Of a DNA stretch of 32,000 nucleotides, positions 26,220 through 32,000 are shown in pieces. The notes beneath the pieces are model-generated. The model ran no database searches. It was not told the origin of the DNA and saw only the letters and a list, made by a program, of their open reading frames with translations. Positions within the stretch are counted from its first letter, which is position 1. Every line of letters starts with the position of its first letter. Both the position numbers and the translations under genes were made by a program. Location: contig NC_017183.1 in NCBI RefSeq assembly GCF_000175255.2, positions 1 through 32,000 of the forward strand, in the 5' to 3' direction. The stretch comes from Zymomonas mobilis subsp. mobilis ATCC 10988 (GTDB lineage: Bacteria; Pseudomonadota; Alphaproteobacteria; Sphingomonadales; Sphingomonadaceae).

Positions 26220-28083
26220 TCAGAACCGGCGCAGCCTCTTCCCTTTTATCTATTTCAAATTCAGGCCTGCCACAGCGGAGAATCTTCGCTGTGGCTTTTT
26301 TGCGTCCAAGACCGGAGCCCGCACAATGACCGCCTCTTCTTCTTCATCATCTCATTTCGTGGCGTCGTCTCCTATGGCTCCTTCACTTAATGCCGATCTG
26401 TCCTCTTCTGTGAACCTGTCGGACACCTCTCTTTTTTCTCCAAAGCCTGATCTCGCGCCTGCCCCATTATCCGCTGAGTTGTCTTCTATGTCGCCTAACC
26501 TTGTATCGCCTTTGGAAGCTGCTGACTTATCCTTAGCAATCTCCGCTTCGTCTTCGCCATCCTTGGCTTCTCCATTACGTGCTACCATCTTACCAGATTC
26601 TTCTACAGCTCCATTACCTTCATCTCCCTCCTCTCTGTCTTTTAAAGGTAGCCCTTTTGTGGACAGGTTAGGCCGTTTCAAGCGCGGCACTTATCGTTCA
26701 ATGCTGATGCAGACGGGAATGTCCTACGACCATGCAAAAGACATGGCTGATCTTGCTGCTGAGGAATTTAAAAACGCCAAGAAAAGGGAGCCTATCGGTG
26801 CGACATATGACCACCAATCATCTTCCTTGGCCAATAACGTCGCCCCCGAAATTACGGCCTCAAATACCAATAGTGAGGTTACAGCCTCCGCATCAGATTT
26901 CGACGAAATCGAATATTTTGATCAGATGGTATCAAACGGCGTTGATCCTGAAACCGCTGCCGATATTGCCCGTAAAACAGCTATTGCCAGACGTAGAGAC
27001 CCTCTCGAACGATCCACCCGCTATAAAATCCGCCGTCGGACTCCTGATCCGGTGCATCGGGATTCTTATGAGGTGGGCGAACGTGAGAAGTCGGTCTGGA
27101 AGCCGGTCAATCCGCAAGAGATCGGTGCCTATCTGGAAGCGGTCGATCAATATTCGATCAAAACTAAGGGCTTAAGCGATAAGGCCGTTCGCCTTCTAAA
27201 GATGCTGTTTCGGATGGTCGACTTTAAAACTGGCCGTCTGGAACCGACCCTTGATACTATTTGCGATAGTGTTGGCTATGCCCGTGCGACGGTCGTCAAA
27301 TTGCTGCGACAGCTACAGGATTTAGGCTTCATCCGCTGGATACGCCGATCAATTAAGATCAAGGCGGACGGCAAAGGCCCCCGCCGCAAGCAGACCAGTA
27401 ATGCCTACGGCTTCTTGTCTCCCAAGTCTTGGCCAGAGTTGGCCAGACAGGTTTTCGAGCGTGTCATGCGTCGGAGGAATACGCCTGTTCCTGATGATAT
27501 TGACCACGCCCAAGAGGCGGATAAAGCTGAAACCAAAGCCATAATTGAAAACCTTCCCCCTGTTGAATTCATGAAAGAAATATCGGGGGCAAAAGCGCCT
27601 AATGCGCTCACAGATTCATTGATACAGTTAGCTAAATCTATCGAGCGGGCAGACCAACTGGAACAAGAAAAACAGGCTAAGAAGGCAGCACAGGCCGATC
27701 AGGAAAAGGTTAAAACATCTTCCAAAACCTCCAAGGAGGATACCTCAAAAAAGCCCCAAATTTCGGACAATCAACGCGAGTTCAATTCTTATACTCTATC
27801 CTGTTATAATTATTTAAATAATACCGGCGCTAAAAAATTTGAAACGACAGAAGAAAATAAAGACTGTCTCGCGCCTGCGTTAGCAGGAGCGACAGGCGTT
27901 ATTTTAGACACGAAACCTGAACCTGACCGCTTCACAAAAGAACTTAATACCCTGAACCTCCGGCCTGATCAGGTAGCAACCATCATTCAACACAGGAACA
28001 AGCGGAGGGAACAGCGCATGATGCCCCTTTCACCAAAAGATATCGCCGACCTCCTCATTAAAACAAGACAGATGCGCCCATGA
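26209..28083 (+). CDS. Probable plasmid replication initiator with helix-turn-helix domain
   Basis: 624 aa (likely start at the ATG at 26325). LSDKAVRLLKMLFRMVDFKTGRLEPTLDTICDSVGYARATVVKLLRQLQDLGFIRWIRRS..RKQTSNAYGF is a winged-helix/HTH region typical of plasmid Rep proteins. Ser/Pro/Leu-rich N-terminus. Confidence 0.6.
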   Translation: MSRDQNRRSLFPFIYFKFRPATAENLRCGFFASKTGARTMTASSSSSSHFVASSPMAPSLNADLSSSVNLSDTSLFSPKPDLAPAPLSAELSSMSPNLVSPLEAADLSLAISASSSPSLASPLRATILPDSSTAPLPSSPSSLSFKGSPFVDRLGRFKRGTYRSMLMQTGMSYDHAKDMADLAAEEFKNAKKREPIGATYDHQSSSLANNVAPEITASNTNSEVTASASDFDEIEYFDQMVSNGVDPETAADIARKTAIARRRDPLERSTRYKIRRRTPDPVHRDSYEVGEREKSVWKPVNPQEIGAYLEAVDQYSIKTKGLSDKAVRLLKMLFRMVDFKTGRLEPTLDTICDSVGYARATVVKLLRQLQDLGFIRWIRRSIKIKADGKGPRRKQTSNAYGFLSPKSWPELARQVFERVMRRRNTPVPDDIDHAQEADKAETKAIIENLPPVEFMKEISGAKAPNALTDSLIQLAKSIERADQLEQEKQAKKAAQADQEKVKTSSKTSKEDTSKKPQISDNQREFNSYTLSCYNYLNNTGAKKFETTEENKDCLAPALAGATGVILDTKPEPDRFTKELNTLNLRPDQVATIIQHRNKRREQRMMPLSPKDIADLLIKTRQMRP

Positions 28084-28295
28084 CCCTGTCAGCTATCATT
28101 CTGACAGATCACCGTCTATTTATTCCTCCGGTGCTGTTCGCTTCGCTCACAGGCTTGGCGAGAAAGGAATTTGCCTTTCAGTAGAGCTATCTAATTTCTA
28201 AAAATTCGCATTATCGATAATGTAATAAAAAGCTAATTTTTAAAAACCAAATTATAGCGATTACATCAAATCTATGAATGTGTATAATACATAAT

Positions 28296-28445
28296 ATGAA
28301 AAGTCGTGATTTGATCAAAGAAGTTGAAAAAGCAGGATGGATACTCGACCGAACACGTGGCTCTCATCATATCACGATACCACATCCTAAAAAGGAACTT
28401 GGTGTTGGGCTTGTTCGGGCTATCCGTAAGCAAGCCGGATTGTAG
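28296..28445 (+). CDS. hicA: HicA-like toxin, unusually short (49 aa)
   Basis: MKSRDLIKEVEKAGWILDRTRGSHHITIPHPKKELGVGLVRAIRKQAGL; HicA pattern with GSHH and PHPKKEL..IRKQAGL. 9 nt before hicB. Not in the supplied ORF track (below its length cutoff). Confidence 0.8.
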   Translation: MKSRDLIKEVEKAGWILDRTRGSHHITIPHPKKELGVGLVRAIRKQAGL

Positions 28446-28454
28446 GAGAAGTTT

Positions 28455-28880
28455 ATGCGTTATCCTGTTGCTATAGAGCCAGATACAAAATCTACGGCTT
28501 TTGGTATTGTCGTACCGGATTTACCCGGTTGCTTCTCGGCTGGCGATACGATGGATGAAGCTATTGCCAATGCTGAAGAAGCCGCATCTGCTTGGATCGA
28601 TGCCACATTAGATAGTGGTCAAGATATTCCTGTACCTAGTTCTATCTCAGATTTATATAAGAACCCTGATTATAAAGGATGGTCTTTCGGTTTTATCAAT
28701 ATAGATCCAGCTTTGTTGAGTGATAGGGTAAAGCGGGTAAACATTACTTTACCTGAAAGAGTTCTCGAACGTCTTGATCTCTTGGCCAAAAAGGCAGGAG
28801 AAACTCGTTCTGGTATGATCGCTTCTTTGACCTTAAAAGCTCAAAAACAAACAGATCATCATTCAGCTGTTATGATCTAA
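28455..28880 (+). CDS. hicB: HicB-family antitoxin
   Basis: YPVAIEPDTKSTAFGIVVPDLPGCFSAGDTMDEAIANAEEAASAWIDATLDSGQDIPVPS plus a C-terminal RHH-like VNITLPERVLERLDLLAKKAGETRSGMI. Confidence 0.9.
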   Translation: MRYPVAIEPDTKSTAFGIVVPDLPGCFSAGDTMDEAIANAEEAASAWIDATLDSGQDIPVPSSISDLYKNPDYKGWSFGFINIDPALLSDRVKRVNITLPERVLERLDLLAKKAGETRSGMIASLTLKAQKQTDHHSAVMI

Positions 28881-28934
28881 CAAGTAGTAATCCAAATATA
28901 GTCCCATATATTTTATAGGGTATGTCGTAAAACC

Positions 28935-28964
28935 AAGAGCGCCGATTATTCGGCGCTCTTTTTT
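28935..28964 (+). terminator. Rho-independent terminator after hicAB
   Basis: AAGAGCGCCG-ATTATT-CGGCGCTCTT followed by a T tract. Confidence 0.85.
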
Positions 28965-29112
28965 GTCGTCAAAGTTTTCCGTCTATTTTTCCTCGATAAT
29001 TCAGGCCGGAAACGGGCGGTTTCCCTCGCTAGCCAGAAAACACCTGGTTCAGGAACAATAAACAGGGAATACACTCAGCATGACTTTTCTGAATGGTACG
29101 TACGAACATCTA

Positions 29113-29850
29113 GGTTCTGTTGACAAAGGAAGGCAACCACAATTTTACGGCCGCGATATGAAGGAAGGCGAGGAAAGATTTTCTGGTTTTGTCATAGCGT
29201 GTAGCAATACGTCTGGACGGCTTCAGCTTATTAAACATCCGCTCAATACAATGATGATCTTTGTCGTGCTGGAGATTATAAGGAATAGGCTTTTTTCGAT
29301 TGGAACGAGGCGGGATAACAGGAAGAATGCCTCGAAAGGGTAGTTTTTCGCGTAACCTATTTATCAGCAAGAAAACAGCGGGGCGTTGTCACAGAGATAT
29401 CTCAGCACCAGAATAATCAGAGACCGCACCACCGGTTAGCGCGAAAGCTAGAGGGCGACCTTGACCATCGGAACGGGCGCGAATGATCGTGCTATCTATC
29501 ATATGTTGCCAGTCATCTGGTCAACCAGGGTTTCAAGAAGAGCGTCCCAGACACCCTGTTCCGACCACCTACGAAACCGAACATAGACCGAATTCCATTT
29601 CCCATAACGTTCATGCATGTCTCGCCACGGGCAGCCTGTTCGAATCACATGGAGCACATAAAGCATACCATTGAGAAATAACCGATTACTTTTGGCGGGA
29701 CGCACGCAGCGGCCTCGTTCGCTGGGAATAAGACCCTCTATTATCTGCCACTCCGCGTCCCTCAGATCTCCTCGCATCCTGTCTGCCATACAAAACTTGT
29801 TCTCAATTTATCTCTAAAAATCTTAAATTACACTCTTTGTCAACAGAACC
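29113..29850 (-). mobile_element. IS5-family element (~738 bp) with an internally deleted transposase
   Basis: Perfect 16-bp TIRs GGTTCTGTTGACAAAG (29113-29128) and CTTTGTCAACAGAACC (29835-29850), flanked by TA. The transposase is split between 29499-29789 and 29110-29370, with missing conserved blocks. Confidence 0.85.
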
Positions 29851-30019
29851 TAGTCATCAGCTACCTCTATTAAATAGTAAGCTATCACAGCGTGTCCGCT
29901 TTGCCGAGAGCGCATTGGATGGCCTGTCGGTATTCGATTATCCAGATAAACGTAATTTTGTGGCTGATGAGATCACAGCCATTAAAAATGAATTACTTGA
30001 GTTAGGGGCTTCATTATGA
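29837..30019 (+). CDS. Small hypothetical protein, 5' end overlapping the right IS end; probable fragment of an IS-interrupted gene
   Basis: HQLPLLNSKLSQRVRFAESALDGLSVFDYPDKRNFVADEITAIKNELLELGASL. The TTG start lies within the IS terminal repeat. ATGA coupling to the next ORF. Confidence 0.35.
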   Translation: MSTEPSHQLPLLNSKLSQRVRFAESALDGLSVFDYPDKRNFVADEITAIKNELLELGASL

Positions 30020-30174
30020 CCAAAACAGCATCTTCAATCAGCTTAACGCGCCCGTCGCGTGCCGTTAAAAAGCCATCTTATGTTGATCAGTGGGTCGCAA
30101 AGTGGAACGCCGATGATAACGCAGAAAAGACAAATCGTTTTTGTCTATACCTGCAGACATTCATAGAAAGCTGA
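30016..30174 (+). CDS. Small hypothetical protein (53 aa), translationally coupled
   Basis: MTKTASSISLTRPSRAVKKPSYVDQWVAKWNADDNAEKTNRFCLYLQTFIES, overlapping the upstream stop as ATGA. Confidence 0.35.
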   Translation: MTKTASSISLTRPSRAVKKPSYVDQWVAKWNADDNAEKTNRFCLYLQTFIES

Positions 30175-31499
30175 AACTTCAGGCCATGGATGAAGGGAAA
30201 ATGATGATCACTCTAGTCCGTGAAATTTTAGCCGAAAAGTTCGTCTAGGTTTTGAGAAAATAAGCATTTTTTGCATCTTTTTTACGTTTTACAAAATGCG
30301 TTGAGCATGCGTTTATTTGCGAACAGTAAAAATGGGCATTTTTCTAAAAAAATTTGTGCTTTAAAGGCTATTTTACGCAATATTTTTTATTTTGCGTTGG
30401 ATCAGAAATTGCGTAGAAAAGCGGCATGTATGGCGCGGAGGCTAGGGTTGGTCTACCGAACGCTAAGGGTATAATAAAAAAACACCTCTCTTGATATTTT
30501 TATATCAACTGATGGGTTTTGATACTGCTTCTTTAAAAAGAATTGATCCATTTCATCGGCGATAGTTTAGAGATCTACCTTTCCGAAAGCCAAAAGCTGC
30601 CTATACACCATCAGCCCAGAGATCCCTCTACAGCAAGAAAGAAGGTATATGACCAGTGGACCAAGAAGAGGAAGTATTTTACTCTGAGAAGACATCCTAA
30701 TGCTTTTTGGGCTTACAATCTTCTATCCATAAACCTTGACTAAAAATGGATGATGCAGAAGATAGCCTCTATCTCTCCATCTTCTTCTGTAATGAAGGGC
30801 TGATTTACCAAACAGTTAAAGATCCAAACTTCTATCCAGCCTGTATATTCCATTGCATTTCCCTGATCCTTCTTACTAGCTGATTGCTATAATTATACCG
30901 GTCTTATTTTTCTCAAACTCTCTCTTTTCTAACTCCTCTGCCCATAGCTAACTGAAGCCCAATCCCGAGGATAAAAAAGAGGATATAGCTTTTGAGAAAC
31001 AAGGGGTATTTTAACAGGAAAACAAGGGAAGCTACCAATAGACAAGGCTGCATAAATATGCATAAGAGATTTTCGGCCGTATTTCATTGAATAAAGCTAT
31101 TTTAAGGCCGTATTTTAGGTTATTTATGGCTGTCCTGCATAAGATCAAAAAATGCATAAAAAGCGACCTATCTACGCCGAGGGCTTGGGTGGGACTACCA
31201 CTCCAAATAGGTCAAAATCATTTTTCGTAAAATCCTGATGACATCGCCTCGAGTTATGAGTTTTGAAACTCTGAGTTAGGGGATTCGCAATCGACATAAA
31301 TAAAGAGGGCATATGCTAATCTTTTTACGTTGGAGATAATAAAATGACGACTGATTCCTCGGCAGATCAAAGTCGAATTTCTATCAGCCATCTCATTGAT
31401 CCCTAAGAGTTGTCGACCTTATTTTGTTCAATCTGGCTAACACAAAATCATTGTTTGAAGCACGACAAGGATTTTTTATCTGATCAAAATCCCAACTGC

Positions 31500-32000
31500 T
31501 TTGAAGCAGGGAACCCCCTCGATGGTTTGCAGGTCTTCTTTCCGTAGGGTGCAGATTTCGCCCAGCCATAGGCAGCAATAAGGGTCACAAGCCGGAACGT
31601 AGGTTCAGGCACCAAGGCACTATGCCAAGAAGCAGAGGCCAGCAATGCCAGTTCCTGTGGCGTCCAGCTTCGTCGTACGATTTTGGGGGCACTCTCAAAA
31701 TGCCAGCCAGACCAAGGGTTCTTTGCCACCATCTCCCGTTGCACAAGTTGGTTCCATAGGGCGGACAGACGAAGCATATGGTTCTTGACGCTTTTATTGC
31801 TCATGGTCGGGAGACCATTAGACTTGGCTCTCTGTGCCTCCTGTTGCAGCGTCAGACTGCTTTTACCCTTGCCCAGTGTTGCAGGAAGGGCAAGAAGCAG
31901 GTCACGGAAGGCTCCAGCTTGGTGACCGCCGATGCCACTGACAGGCGTATCCCCAAAAGCCCTGATATAGAGGGCCACAGTTCTTTTGGTTGCCGGTGCT
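31500..32000 (-). pseudogene. Tyrosine recombinase/integrase fragment (copy 2), truncated and frameshifted
   Basis: GGHQAGAFRDLLLALPATLGKGKSSLTLQQEAQRAKSNGLPTMSNKSVKNHMLRLSALWNQLVQREMVAKNPWSGWHFESAPKIVRRSWTPQELALLASASWHSALVPEPTFRLVTLIAAYG closely parallels copy 1. The LGEICTLRKEDLQT motif is then in another frame, and the catalytic C-terminus is lost. Confidence 0.75.

Noticed and set aside
30175-31390. Coding genes in the region between the small ORF pair and the right-hand integrase fragment
   Set aside because: Only short ORFs (60-67 aa) without motifs or clear ribosome-binding context. The region looks non-coding or decayed.

Overview
The window reads as a mosaic low-to-medium-GC plasmid from an alphaproteobacterium, probably of the Sphingomonadales/Zymomonas type (this assignment is inference). 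It is dense in defense and addiction genes. From left to right: a remnant of a tyrosine recombinase with a tRNA-T-arm-like block; a standalone metallo-beta-lactamase-fold protein; a second, frameshifted recombinase with a tRNA 3'-end-like block; a type I R-M operon (hsdR-hsdM-hsdS) followed by a decayed mrr; a 1249-aa protein with an N-terminal SIR2 domain; a DinJ/YafQ-like TA pair; small ParA plus a short putative RHH partner; a PI-PLC-like fragment; an AAA ATPase plus HNH pair resembling Septu/PtuAB, without a reverse transcriptase; an IS5-family element; a DarG-like macrodomain protein without a DarT; three tandem paralogous HTH genes; a GapR/DUF2312-like gene; a probable replication initiator; an unusually short HicA with HicB; and an internally deleted IS5-family element. 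The most unusual non-coding signal is a family of TATAGCTAAATACGTA-type palindromic repeats at six places between 16.8 and 23.7 kb. They surround parA/rhh and recur beside the PtuAB-like operon and the macrodomain gene, suggesting a multi-site centromere or a shared regulon. The two window ends also appear to carry opposite parts of one recombinase gene, consistent with a circular replicon cut near this point.
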